This document shows, piece by piece, positions 27,386-36,250 of a DNA stretch of 52,229 nt. Source of the stretch: Candidatus Aenigmatarchaeota archaeon (GTDB lineage Archaea; Aenigmatarchaeota; Aenigmatarchaeia; JACPZZ01); NCBI GenBank assembly GCA_016195275.1, contig JACPZZ010000029.1, positions 1 through 52,229 on the forward strand, given 5' to 3'. Position 1 is the stretch's first letter. Each line of letters opens with the position of its first letter. A program made the translations under genes and the position numbers. The notes below the pieces were generated by a model. It was given only the letters and a program-made list of their open reading frames with translations, did no database searches and was not told the origin of the DNA.

Positions 27386-28453
27386 ATGGAACATATAATC
27401 ATACACGCTGACCTGGACGCGTTTTTTGCCTCGTGTGAAGAGCGCGAGAACCCTTTGCTGAAAGGCAAGCCTGTCATCATAGGGGCGGATCCGAAAAACG
27501 GCCGCGGACGCGGGGTTGTAAGCACTGCGAACTATGAGGCGCGCAGGTTTGGCGTAAGGTCGGCAATGCCGGTATCGCGCGCGTACAGGCTGTGCCCGAA
27601 CGGAGTTTATCTCAGGCCGAATTTCACGCTTTACGAAAAGGTTTCTGGTGGTGTGATAGCGATATTGAAAAAGTACGCTGACAAATTCCAGCAGGCAGGA
27701 ATAGACGAGGCGTTTTTGGACGTGTCGTCCGCAGGAAATTTTGAAAAGGCTGCCAAAATTGCGGACCGGATAAAAGAGGAAATAAAAAGAAAGGAAAAAA
27801 TAACAGCTTCTGTGGGCATTGCTCCGAACAAAATGATCGCAAAGATAGCCTCTGATGAAAATAAACCGGACGGCATTACGGTTGTTAAACCGGCGGATGT
27901 CAGAAATTTCATTTATCCGAAAAGCGTACGGAAACTTTGGGGAATAGGACCCAAAACTGAAATTCTGCTGAACCAGTTAGGGATAAAAACGATCAAGGAT
28001 CTGGCAGAAGCAGATACCAGACAATTAAAAGAAAAATTGGGTAATATGGCGGAATATTTTCAAATTTTAGCCAATGGAATAGATGAAAGCCCTGTGGAGG
28101 AATCGTATGAGATTAAATCGTTTAACCGCGAACATACGTTTGAAGAGGACACCTCACGAAAAGATGGCATATTGCCCACGATAAAAACCCTTGCTCACGA
28201 CTTGTACGAACAGGCAAAATTGAATAAAGCCTGTTTCAGGACGATAACGCTGAAAGTGCGCTTCTCCAACTTCGAGACATACACACGCGCAAAAAGCCTT
28301 TCTTCCCACACGGACGACGAAAAAACGATAACCGAGACTGCGAATATGCTCGCCGAAGAGTTTTTAAAAACCGGCCGCAAAATACGGCTCGTCGGCGTGC
28401 GCATTTCGAACCTTAAGTTAGGCGAAATGCAGAAAAAACTTTCTGCTATTTAA
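27386..28453 (+). CDS. dinB: DNA polymerase IV (Y family)
   Basis: HADLDAFFASCE, STANYEARRFGVRSAMP, GIDEAFLD, K-P-D-G, little-finger RLVGV. Confidence 0.95.
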   Translation: MEHIIIHADLDAFFASCEERENPLLKGKPVIIGADPKNGRGRGVVSTANYEARRFGVRSAMPVSRAYRLCPNGVYLRPNFTLYEKVSGGVIAILKKYADKFQQAGIDEAFLDVSSAGNFEKAAKIADRIKEEIKRKEKITASVGIAPNKMIAKIASDENKPDGITVVKPADVRNFIYPKSVRKLWGIGPKTEILLNQLGIKTIKDLAEADTRQLKEKLGNMAEYFQILANGIDESPVEESYEIKSFNREHTFEEDTSRKDGILPTIKTLAHDLYEQAKLNKACFRTITLKVRFSNFETYTRAKSLSSHTDDEKTITETANMLAEEFLKTGRKIRLVGVRISNLKLGEMQKKLSAI

Positions 28454-28475
28454 GTGCTGAAGCAAATATCTGGTT

Positions 28476-29171
28476 ATGAAACGCGGTCCCGGCCTTATAA
28501 TTTTCGATTTAGACGGGACTCTTATAGATGCGAGGCACAACTTAAAGGAAAACATAAATTATGCGCTGAAGATGAACGGCTACGCACCGGTAACTGGAAA
28601 CAGAATTTTCACCCTTATAGGGCACCCGCTGATAGACATTTACAAAATAATTCTGCCAAAAAAAGATGCGTACATAGCTGCAAAACTTGTGAAGGATTAC
28701 AGGAAACGGTATAAAAAAACGTGCCATATAGGCGTTAAAATACTTTCAGGCGTTGAAAAAACTCTGGAAGCATTCAAAAGAAACGGTTTCGGTATTGCGA
28801 TGGCAACTGCCAAAGGCGAAGCGCAGACAAAGCTGCTGCTGAAAAGGCTTGGACTGCGGAAATATTTTGACCTTGTGGTGGGATACAGATATGGAAAATC
28901 CCAATTGCGGCCCAAGCCGCATCCTGACATGATCTTGCACATAATGAAGCACCTGAAATTCAACAGAAACCGGACAATAATGGTTGGCGACACGCAACTG
29001 GACATACGCGCGGGCAGGAACGCGCGCGTCCGGACAATCGCCGTAAAGACCGGGGTGAAACTGGGAATTTCAAGGCTGGAAGAATTAAAAAAAGCGCGTC
29101 CCGACGCCATAATAGGCTCTGTAAGCACGCTGGCTGGGAGACTTAAAAAATACGGGTTCGACATTTATTAA
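28476..29171 (+). CDS. HAD-family phosphatase (phosphoglycolate phosphatase-like)
   Basis: FDLDGTL, KPHP, MVGDTQLD. Confidence 0.88.
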   Translation: MKRGPGLIIFDLDGTLIDARHNLKENINYALKMNGYAPVTGNRIFTLIGHPLIDIYKIILPKKDAYIAAKLVKDYRKRYKKTCHIGVKILSGVEKTLEAFKRNGFGIAMATAKGEAQTKLLLKRLGLRKYFDLVVGYRYGKSQLRPKPHPDMILHIMKHLKFNRNRTIMVGDTQLDIRAGRNARVRTIAVKTGVKLGISRLEELKKARPDAIIGSVSTLAGRLKKYGFDIY

Positions 29172-29192
29172 CCCGCCGGTACAATCCAACTT

Positions 29193-29492
29193 ATGGTTTC
29201 GGAAGAGCAGGCAAAATCCATATTAAAGAATTGCTACGACCCGGAGATACCGATAAACATAGTTGACCTTGGACTGGTTTACGGGATAAAAATCGACGAT
29301 GGAAACAAAAAAATCAAAATTACCATGACATTAACGTCTCCAGGTTGCCCGCTCTATGGCCAGATTTCAGAAGACGTTAAACGCAGGCTCGAAGAAGGCA
29401 CTTCTTACGAGGCTATTGTTGAGATGGTCTGGGAGCCGCGCTGGACGCAGGAAATGATGAGCGAAGATGCGAAAGCGATGATAGGGCTTTGA
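29193..29492 (+). CDS. DUF59/SufT-like Fe-S cluster assembly protein
   Basis: DPEIPINIVDLGLVY...TLTSPGCP...WEPRW. Confidence 0.92.
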   Translation: MVSEEQAKSILKNCYDPEIPINIVDLGLVYGIKIDDGNKKIKITMTLTSPGCPLYGQISEDVKRRLEEGTSYEAIVEMVWEPRWTQEMMSEDAKAMIGL

Positions 29493-29835
29493 GCGCCTTG
29501 AATTTCTTGCTGTTGTATGAATTCTATGCCCGGTTATATAACCAAATATTTGAACGGGACTAAAGTGCGGACAGGCCAAAAAAGGAGACCTTTAGAGACT
29601 ACTAATAAACAAATGGAAAAATACAAATTAAGGGTAACAAGAAAACAGGGCGTTTATTCGGTGGTGCGAAACGGCAAAAGAACGCTTATAAAGGCTATCC
29701 TATATTATAATTTGGTACAATTACATTCGATGTTTGATCGAATTTATTAAAAGGGCGATAAAACCCTGCGGTTTTGGTTCCCGCGCGGTTCGAATGCCCT
29801 CAAACCAAAAACCACAAGTGCTGGCGTGGTTCTGG

Positions 29836-29886
29836 ATTAGAAAACCTTGGGTTTTCTAATTTAGTAAACCTTTATGGTTTACTAAA
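29836..29886. repeat. Twin-hairpin module M5 (rpl3 leader)
   Basis: ATTAGAAAACC-TTG-GGTTTTCTAAT then TTAGTAAACC-TTTAT-GGTTTACTAA. Confidence 0.8.
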
Positions 29887-29958
29887 CTTAGAAGTTTAAA
29901 CGCTTCTTAGGTGCAGTTTTTGACTAGATGTAGGAAACTTTGTTTCCTATGCACGGCT

Positions 29959-30008
29959 GCAAGTTTGCCCTAAGGCAAACTGCAACAGTTTTGCCATGCA
30001 AAACTTGT
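29959..30008. repeat. Twin-hairpin module M6 (rpl3 leader)
   Basis: GCAAGTTTGCC-CTAA-GGCAAACTGC, A, ACAGTTTTGC-CAT-GCAAAACTTGT. Confidence 0.8.
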
Positions 30009-30041
30009 TTGCAGTGCAAACCGTTGGCAAGGTAGGTTAAT

Positions 30042-31034
30042 ATGCCGAAAGTAAAATCCCCACGAAAAGGAAGCTTGGCTTTCAAACCGAGAAAAAGAGC
30101 TAAACGAATCTATCCTGTAATAAAATCATGGCCTGCAATGAAAGACGTTAAACCTTTGGGCTTCGCCGGCTACAAGGCCGGTATGACACATATCATGGCC
30201 GTCGACAAACAGGCCAACTCGCCAACAGCCGGCCAACTGGTCCAGTTCCCGGTTACAGTGATCGACTGCCCTCCCATTTTTATTCTCGGCGTGCGCGCCT
30301 ATTCAAAAGATTACAACGGCTTAAAATCGGCAAAAGACTTGTTCTTCAAAACGTTCCAAAAAGACCTTTCCAGGAAAATGAAACTGCCTAAAAATTATGA
30401 TTTTGAAAGCAGATTAAAAGAATTCGAATCAGCTGACATTGCGGATGTCAAATTAATCGTGAACACGCTTCCCAGGCAGTCGGGCCTTGAAAAAAAGAAA
30501 CCTGAAATATTCGAAATCGCGATTGGCGGTTCCGATGTCAAATCGAAAATAGAATACGCGAAACAACTTCTTGGCAAGGAAATTTCTGTCGGTAAAATTT
30601 TCAAGAACGGCGACTGGGTTGACATTGTATCCGTAACTACGGGAAAAGGCTTTCAGGGCTCGATAAAAAGGCATGGAGTTAAAATGCTCTCTCATAAAGA
30701 GGGCAAAAACAGGCGCGGTATAGGTTCAATGGGGCAGAAAAGGCCGGGCAAATTGCGCTGGACCGTGCCGTTGCCAGGACAACTGGGATTTCACACGAGA
30801 ACAGAATTAAATAAGAGAATAATACTGATAGGCGATAAAAACAGCGCGGTGAATCCGGCAGGCGGTTTTGTGAAATACGGCAATATCCCAAATGAATACG
30901 TAATTTTGCACGGTTCTGTGGCAGGCCCGAGAAAAAGGCTTGTGAGAATGAGATTTTCAGTGAGGCCGCCGAGCCTGAACCTTCCTCTTCCAGAGGTTAA
31001 ATCAGTTTCAACGGAAAGCAAACAGGGTGTATGA
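30042..31034 (+). CDS. rpl3: 50S ribosomal protein L3
   Basis: PRKGSLAFKPRKRA, FAGYKAGMTH, GKGFQG. Confidence 0.96.
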   Translation: MPKVKSPRKGSLAFKPRKRAKRIYPVIKSWPAMKDVKPLGFAGYKAGMTHIMAVDKQANSPTAGQLVQFPVTVIDCPPIFILGVRAYSKDYNGLKSAKDLFFKTFQKDLSRKMKLPKNYDFESRLKEFESADIADVKLIVNTLPRQSGLEKKKPEIFEIAIGGSDVKSKIEYAKQLLGKEISVGKIFKNGDWVDIVSVTTGKGFQGSIKRHGVKMLSHKEGKNRRGIGSMGQKRPGKLRWTVPLPGQLGFHTRTELNKRIILIGDKNSAVNPAGGFVKYGNIPNEYVILHGSVAGPRKRLVRMRFSVRPPSLNLPLPEVKSVSTESKQGV

Positions 31035-31035
31035 T

Positions 31036-31830
31036 ATGGTTAAAGCAAACGTTTACAATATGGACGGGAAAGTAAAAAACCAGCTTGAACTGCCTGCAAT
31101 ATTTTTCATAGACATCAGAAAAGACCTTATACAAAAAGCGTTCCTTTCCGCGATGTCAAACGCCAGACGCAAGCATTCCAGAGACCCTATGGCCGGTAAA
31201 CGCACCTCAGCAAGTTATCATGGCCGCAGAAGCGTTTTCCAGTCAATGGCAAACAAGGAAATGGCGCGCGGTCCCAGGATAACGGGACAAGGCTACCTGA
31301 ATATGCGATTAAGATTTGCCCCGCACGCAGTAAAAGGACGATTAGCGCATCCCCCACTGGAACAAAAAATTTTTGCTGAAAAAATCAACGACAAGGAAAG
31401 GCGCGCTGCAATACTTTCTGCGATTGCCGCAACATCGAACAAGGAACTCGTCACGGAAAGCGGGCACAGGATAACAAATATCAACCTGCCGATAATAGCG
31501 GACGACGCGCTTCAGAAATCCAAAAAGGCCGGCGATGTTGAAAAGTTTTTACGCTCAATCGGATTGGACGAAGAGCTGGAAAGATCCAATGAAAAAACCG
31601 TAAGGGCGGGCCGCGGCAAATCAAGGGGTAGAAAATATAAAGGCAAAACAGGACCCCTGATAATCGTAGATAAAAACGAGGGGATCGCAGAAGCGGCGGG
31701 CAACATGAGCGGCGTCGACGTCATAGAAATCTCAAACATTAACGCGAAGCTTTTGGCTCCGGGCGGGAAACCGGGAAGGTTGGCCATATGGACGGAATCT
31801 GCAATAAAAAAACTTTCGGAGCACGGTTAA
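31036..31830 (+). CDS. rpl4: 50S ribosomal protein L4
   Basis: DPMAGKRTSA, RAGRGKSRGR, LAPGGKPGRL. Confidence 0.95.
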   Translation: MVKANVYNMDGKVKNQLELPAIFFIDIRKDLIQKAFLSAMSNARRKHSRDPMAGKRTSASYHGRRSVFQSMANKEMARGPRITGQGYLNMRLRFAPHAVKGRLAHPPLEQKIFAEKINDKERRAAILSAIAATSNKELVTESGHRITNINLPIIADDALQKSKKAGDVEKFLRSIGLDEELERSNEKTVRAGRGKSRGRKYKGKTGPLIIVDKNEGIAEAAGNMSGVDVIEISNINAKLLAPGGKPGRLAIWTESAIKKLSEHG

Positions 31831-31831
31831 A

Positions 31832-32227
31832 ATGGAAGAAGAAAAACACGGCGCAACGGAAGAAAAGAAGAAAACTAAAAAGTTCGTGAAAAAACCCGGA
31901 CAAAAAACGGAAGCGCAGCCGAAAGAAAGGAAAATAGAAAAGAAAAGCGTTAGGAAAACGCCCACGAAAAACGAATGGGGCATATTGTCCCATCCGCTGA
32001 TGACTGAAAAATCCATAGGGTTGATAGAAAAGGAGAACAAGCTCGTGTTCGTGGTTAACCTAAAAGCCAACAAGGTCGACATAAAATACGCGATGGAAAA
32101 AGTGTTTGATGTAAAAGTTGATGACGTAACCACTTCGATAACCAGAAAAGGCCAGAAAAAGGCTTTCATAAAACTTTCAAAGGATTATTCCGCGTCGGAA
32201 ATAGCGACAAGGCTGGGGATGCTGTAG
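31832..32227 (+). CDS. rpl23: 50S ribosomal protein L23 with charged N-terminal extension
   Basis: PLMTEKS...NKLVFVV...ANKVDIK...KKAFIKL. Confidence 0.93.
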   Translation: MEEEKHGATEEKKKTKKFVKKPGQKTEAQPKERKIEKKSVRKTPTKNEWGILSHPLMTEKSIGLIEKENKLVFVVNLKANKVDIKYAMEKVFDVKVDDVTTSITRKGQKKAFIKLSKDYSASEIATRLGML

Positions 32228-32935
32228 ATGGGAAAGCGCCAAATTGTAAGGGCAAGAGGAAAAGGTTCGATGAGCTACACCGCTCCTTCGCACAATTGGG
32301 CAGGCGTTGTGGAATATCCGCAGCCCGGCTTAAGCGGAACGCAGGCCACCGTAACCGAATTGATACACGATCCGGGAAGAAACGCGCCCCTGGCAAAGAT
32401 AAAAATGGCTGACGGGGAAGAGATGCTGGTTATTGCACCCGAAGGTATACAGGTGGGAAACACGATTTCGTGCGGAATAACAGCGCCCATCGCCCCGGGC
32501 AACGTGTTAACACTTTCAGAAATACCTGAACGAACACTGATATACGGAATAGAATCAAAACCCGGTTCAGGCCCAAAGTTTTGCAGATCTTCAGGTTCAT
32601 TCGGCATAATAGCTGCCCATGACATAGGCAAGGTATTTGTCCAGATGCCGTCCGGCGAAATAAAGGAATTCAAGCCGCTCTGCCGGGCAGCAATAGGCGT
32701 TCCTGCCGGAGGCGGTCGTAAAGATAAACCGTTTGTCAAAGGCGGTTCGAAACTTTACCTTATGCGCGCACGCGGTAAACTGTTCCCAAGATCAAAAGGC
32801 GTCGTAATGAATGCGGCCGACCATCCTTACGGAGGGAAAACTCGCCCGGGCCACCCGAAAACGGTTTCGAGAAACGCGCCGCCCGGACAGAAGATAGGTT
32901 ACATAGCTGCGAGAAGAACAGGAAGGAAGAAGTGA
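32228..32935 (+). CDS. rpl2: 50S ribosomal protein L2
   Basis: MGKRQIVRARGKG, HDPGRNAP, MNAADHPYGG. Confidence 0.96.
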   Translation: MGKRQIVRARGKGSMSYTAPSHNWAGVVEYPQPGLSGTQATVTELIHDPGRNAPLAKIKMADGEEMLVIAPEGIQVGNTISCGITAPIAPGNVLTLSEIPERTLIYGIESKPGSGPKFCRSSGSFGIIAAHDIGKVFVQMPSGEIKEFKPLCRAAIGVPAGGGRKDKPFVKGGSKLYLMRARGKLFPRSKGVVMNAADHPYGGKTRPGHPKTVSRNAPPGQKIGYIAARRTGRKK

Positions 32936-33318
32936 TTCGCATGATGCTGTTCCATCTCACAACGGTTTACAAAGACGACAATGGTATAGAAGTTAACAAA
33001 TTTGGAGAACCATTCACGGTGAAAGAGGAAGGGTTGAAAAGGTCACGATCGCATCCTGTGTACCTTACGCCATTGCTTTACCGTGCTATCACACACGCCG
33101 CATCTAACAGAAACGGGGCAGCAAAAATTTTGGTTTATGCGGTTGAAAGTGAACACGTACCCAGGGTAAGGGAAGAAGGTCGTGCCGTATGGACATCGGA
33201 ACACGTTCCAGTGAATGCTATAAAGGATACTATACAACTCCAAGCTACGGAAGAGATAACGTACAGGGACATACGATATCTCATAGAGAATGCCGGAAAA
33301 CAAAGAGGTTGGATGTAA
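32932..33318 (+). CDS. Tpt1/KptA-like NAD-binding ADP-ribosyltransferase-fold protein (C-terminal domain only)
   Basis: LFHLT...EEGLK.....VYLT....A.......VWTSEHVP..AI resembles the KptA C-domain LYHGT...EGL....VHLS...VWL..HVP..YI. Overlaps the rpl2 stop and the rps19 start. Confidence 0.55.
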   Translation: MIRMMLFHLTTVYKDDNGIEVNKFGEPFTVKEEGLKRSRSHPVYLTPLLYRAITHAASNRNGAAKILVYAVESEHVPRVREEGRAVWTSEHVPVNAIKDTIQLQATEEITYRDIRYLIENAGKQRGWM

Positions 33319-33701
33319 TGGCAAAGAAATTCCTATTCCGCGGTAAGACTCTTGACGAATTGCAGAACATGTCACTTGAAGATTTCTCAAAATTATTGAA
33401 GTCGCGCGCCAGAAGGGCTCTGGAAAAAGGGTTAACCGCAGAAGAAAAGATATTGCTGCAAAACGTACGCAGGGAGCCGGACAAATTTCACAAGACACAC
33501 TGCAGGGAAATGGTCATACTTCCGGAAATGGTGGGCAGGAAGTTCGGGGTTCACAACGGAAAAGAATTTTTCTCTGTCATGATCACGGAAGAAATGCTGG
33601 GTCATCGTCTTGGCGAATTTTCACACACCACACAAGAAGTGAAACACTCAGCCCCCGGAATAGGCGCGACCAAATCAAGCAAATACATACCGTTGAAGTG
33701 A
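33318..33701 (+). CDS. rps19: 30S ribosomal protein S19
   Basis: FRGKTLDEL, THCREMVILPEM, GHRLGEF; true start ATG 33318. Confidence 0.95.
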   Translation: MAKKFLFRGKTLDELQNMSLEDFSKLLKSRARRALEKGLTAEEKILLQNVRREPDKFHKTHCREMVILPEMVGRKFGVHNGKEFFSVMITEEMLGHRLGEFSHTTQEVKHSAPGIGATKSSKYIPLK

Positions 33702-33705
33702 TGTT

Positions 33706-34089
33706 ATGAAATACTCTATGGAAATGGATCCTAAAATATCGGCGAAGGCGTTTGGAAGAGCGTTGAGAATATCCACGAAGCACGCCATCGAAATATGCAG
33801 GCGTATAAACGGGAAGAATTTACAGAAGTCGAAGGCGATGCTGCAGAACATCGCTGACCGAAAGAATTCGTTAGACGGCAAATTTTACACCAACGCGACA
33901 AATGAGATGATAAGCCTTTTGGAAAGCGCGGAGGCCAATGCAAAAGCCAAAGGGCTTGACGTGAACAAGATGATCGTAAAGGCGTCCGCAACGAAAGGAT
34001 TCCATTTCAGCAGGCCGAGATCCAGAAGAAAGCTCGCAGGCCAGACGGGCAGGATGACAAACGTGCAGATAATGCTGAGGGTGGCATAA
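33706..34089 (+). CDS. rpl22: 50S ribosomal protein L22
   Basis: ISTKHAIEICRRI, LLESAEANA; operon position. Confidence 0.9.
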   Translation: MKYSMEMDPKISAKAFGRALRISTKHAIEICRRINGKNLQKSKAMLQNIADRKNSLDGKFYTNATNEMISLLESAEANAKAKGLDVNKMIVKASATKGFHFSRPRSRRKLAGQTGRMTNVQIMLRVA

Positions 34090-34701
34090 ATGGCAAAAGA
34101 AATCAAATTCATCAGGGAAGGAATAAGATCGGTTTTCATAGAGGAATACCTGAAAAACCAATTCCAGCGCGCGGATTATTCCCATATAGAAGTGAGCAAA
34201 ACGCCGCTCGGGACAAGGATACTCATATTCGCGAACAGGCCCGGCATAGTGATAGGCAGAGGCGGCGAAAAAATAAAAGCGATAACAGAATATCTGCGCG
34301 ACCATTTCAAGCTCGATAACCCTCAACTGGACGTAAAAGAAGTGGATAACCCTGACACAGATGCGCAGATAATAGCGAGGCAAATCGCTTCCTCGCTTGA
34401 GCGCGGGCTGAACTACAAGCGCGTAGCAAACATGACAATAAAGCGCGTGATGGACTCGGGCGCCGTGGGCATACAGATTAGGGTGTCCGGAAAAATGAGC
34501 GGCGAAAAATCAAGGACTGACAAATTCATGCAAGGATACCTGCAACATTCAGGAGACACGGCGGACAAGCTTGTGTCCAAAGGAAAGGCCGAGGCTTTGC
34601 TAAAACCCGGCAAAGTGGGCATTCAGGTGAAAATAATGACGGTTAATATAGAACAGGAAATGAAACAGGCAAAAGAAACCGAAGAAAAAAAGGCTGAATG
34701 A
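34090..34701 (+). CDS. rps3: 30S ribosomal protein S3
   Basis: RPGIVIGRGG KH motif, GIQIRVSGK. Confidence 0.95.
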   Translation: MAKEIKFIREGIRSVFIEEYLKNQFQRADYSHIEVSKTPLGTRILIFANRPGIVIGRGGEKIKAITEYLRDHFKLDNPQLDVKEVDNPDTDAQIIARQIASSLERGLNYKRVANMTIKRVMDSGAVGIQIRVSGKMSGEKSRTDKFMQGYLQHSGDTADKLVSKGKAEALLKPGKVGIQVKIMTVNIEQEMKQAKETEEKKAE

Positions 34702-34702
34702 T

Positions 34703-34930
34703 ATGGCAATAATGAAAGCGAAGGATGCGAAGGCGATGAAAACCGAAGACAGAATGAAACGGCTTGCAGAATTCAGGCTTGAACTCGCGAAGCTCAAAGG
34801 CAGCTCCGCGGTAGGCGCAAGCATCAAAGAACCCGGAAAGGTGAAAGAGCTGAAAAAGGCTATTGCTAGAATACTCACAGTTGAAAACGAGGATAAAAAA
34901 ATCAAACCCAAGGGAGGTAAAGAAAAATAG
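34703..34930 (+). CDS. rpl29: 50S ribosomal protein L29
   Basis: PGKVKELKKAIARILT. Confidence 0.9.
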   Translation: MAIMKAKDAKAMKTEDRMKRLAEFRLELAKLKGSSAVGASIKEPGKVKELKKAIARILTVENEDKKIKPKGGKEK

Positions 34931-35233
34931 ATGGCAGACACTTGCCCCAACTGCGGCTTGCCACGGGAACTTTGCGTATGCGTTGTCATGGGTATTAAAG
35001 ACCAGCAAATACTGGTGTACCTTGACAAGAGAAGTTACGGGAAAAACGTGACTATCATAGAGGGTGTTGACGAAAAGAACGCAAAAAACCTGACAAAAAC
35101 GCTGAAATCAAAGCTTGCCTGCGGAGGCACGTACAAAAACGGCCGGATTGAACTCCAAGGCGACCATAAAAGAAAGCTTAAAGACATGCTCGTGAAATAC
35201 GGGTTCAAAGAAAGCCAAATACAGGTGAAATAA
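34931..35233 (+). CDS. Translation initiation factor aIF1 (SUI1 family)
   Basis: CPNCGLPRELCVC, YGKNVTIIEG, LACGGT, IELQGDH. Confidence 0.93.
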   Translation: MADTCPNCGLPRELCVCVVMGIKDQQILVYLDKRSYGKNVTIIEGVDEKNAKNLTKTLKSKLACGGTYKNGRIELQGDHKRKLKDMLVKYGFKESQIQVK

Positions 35234-35235
35234 CC

Positions 35236-35505
35236 ATGATAAAACCTTCGAATATAACAAAACACGAAATCATAGGCTTGAAATGCGAAGCGAGCCTGAA
35301 AGGCGGCGCTTCAAAAATAGACGGCCGCGTAATAGACGAGACGAGAAATACCTTCGTGGTGCAAACAAAAAAGGGGAAGAAAACTTTGATAAAGGACAAG
35401 TATAATTTCGTGTTCAAGCTTCCGGAAAAAAGCGTGAACGTCAGCGGGGTCGTTCTTGTGGGACGCTCACGGGACAGAATAAAGAAAAAAACCGATAAAT
35501 GGTGA
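35236..35505 (+). CDS. rnp1: RNase P protein component 1 (Rpp29)
   Basis: HEIIGL...GRVIDETRNT...; canonical position before rps17. Confidence 0.9.
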   Translation: MIKPSNITKHEIIGLKCEASLKGGASKIDGRVIDETRNTFVVQTKKGKKTLIKDKYNFVFKLPEKSVNVSGVVLVGRSRDRIKKKTDKW

Positions 35506-35509
35506 TGAT

Positions 35510-35845
35510 ATGAAAAACAAGCATAACATTGGAGTGGATGCGAAACCGCCGGGCAAAACCTGCAACGATGAGAAATGCTGCTGGCACGGCTCATTGCCTG
35601 TCAGAGGACGCGTGTTCGAAGGTAATGTCATTTCGGACAGGGCATCAAAAACTGTCGTCGTGAAATGGGGCTACAACAAATTCATACCGAAATACCAGAG
35701 ATATGAAAGGCGCAACACTACTGTCAGGGCTTACAATCCGGAATGTATATCGGCAAAAATGGGGGATCATGTAAAAATTGCGGAATGCCGGCCGCTCAGC
35801 AAAACCAAATCGTTCACAGTAATTGAGAGGGGCGAATCAAAATGA
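35510..35845 (+). CDS. rps17: 30S ribosomal protein S17
   Basis: HGSLPVRGR, KYQRYERR, ECRPLSKTK. Confidence 0.95.
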   Translation: MKNKHNIGVDAKPPGKTCNDEKCCWHGSLPVRGRVFEGNVISDRASKTVVVKWGYNKFIPKYQRYERRNTTVRAYNPECISAKMGDHVKIAECRPLSKTKSFTVIERGESK

Positions 35846-36240
35846 AAGCCATATCTTCATCCGCGTCGCGCGGGATAAATGTCGACTCCGTAATCAATTG
35901 CGCGGATAACTCGGGCGCTAAAACGCTTAACGTGATTGCTGTAAAGGTGTACAAAAGCACTAAACGCAAAAAACCCGCGGCGGCAATAGCCGATCTAATA
36001 GTGTGCTCAGTAGTAAAAGGTGACGTTAAAAAGAGGCACGAAGTTGTGTTAGCTGTCATAATCAGGCAAAAAAAGGAGTACAGGCGTTCAAACGGCGTGA
36101 GGATAAGATTCGAGGACAACGCGGCTGTCGTGGTTAATGACCGTGGCGAGCCTGTTGGCACAGAAATTAAAGGACCCGTTGCAAAGGAAGCGGTCGAAAG
36201 GTTTTCCACGATCGGAAAGATCGCATCCCAGATAGTGTGA
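35842..36240 (+). CDS. rpl14: 50S ribosomal protein L14
   Basis: CADNSGAK, RFEDNAAVVV, KGPVAKE. Confidence 0.96.
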   Translation: MKAISSSASRGINVDSVINCADNSGAKTLNVIAVKVYKSTKRKKPAAAIADLIVCSVVKGDVKKRHEVVLAVIIRQKKEYRRSNGVRIRFEDNAAVVVNDRGEPVGTEIKGPVAKEAVERFSTIGKIASQIV

Positions 36241-36250
36241 GTGGTGTTAC

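Larger units (their letters stand above)
29751..30035 (+). ncRNA. Putative highly structured RNA / 5' leader of the rpl3 operon
   Basis: Nested stems GGTTTTGGTT/AACCAAAAACC around GGTTCGAAT, TGCTGGCG..GGTT/AACCGTTGGCA closing a hairpin array; TATA-like CTTATAAA at ~29685. Confidence 0.55.

Noticed and set aside
29517-29750. 77-aa ORF upstream of the rpl3 leader
   Set aside because: No RBS or recognisable motif, and it spans the likely promoter region.
29780-29801. tRNA or split-tRNA half around GGTTCGAAT
   Set aside because: The flanks do not form a 5-bp T-stem or an acceptor strand; kept only as a T-loop-like motif in the leader.
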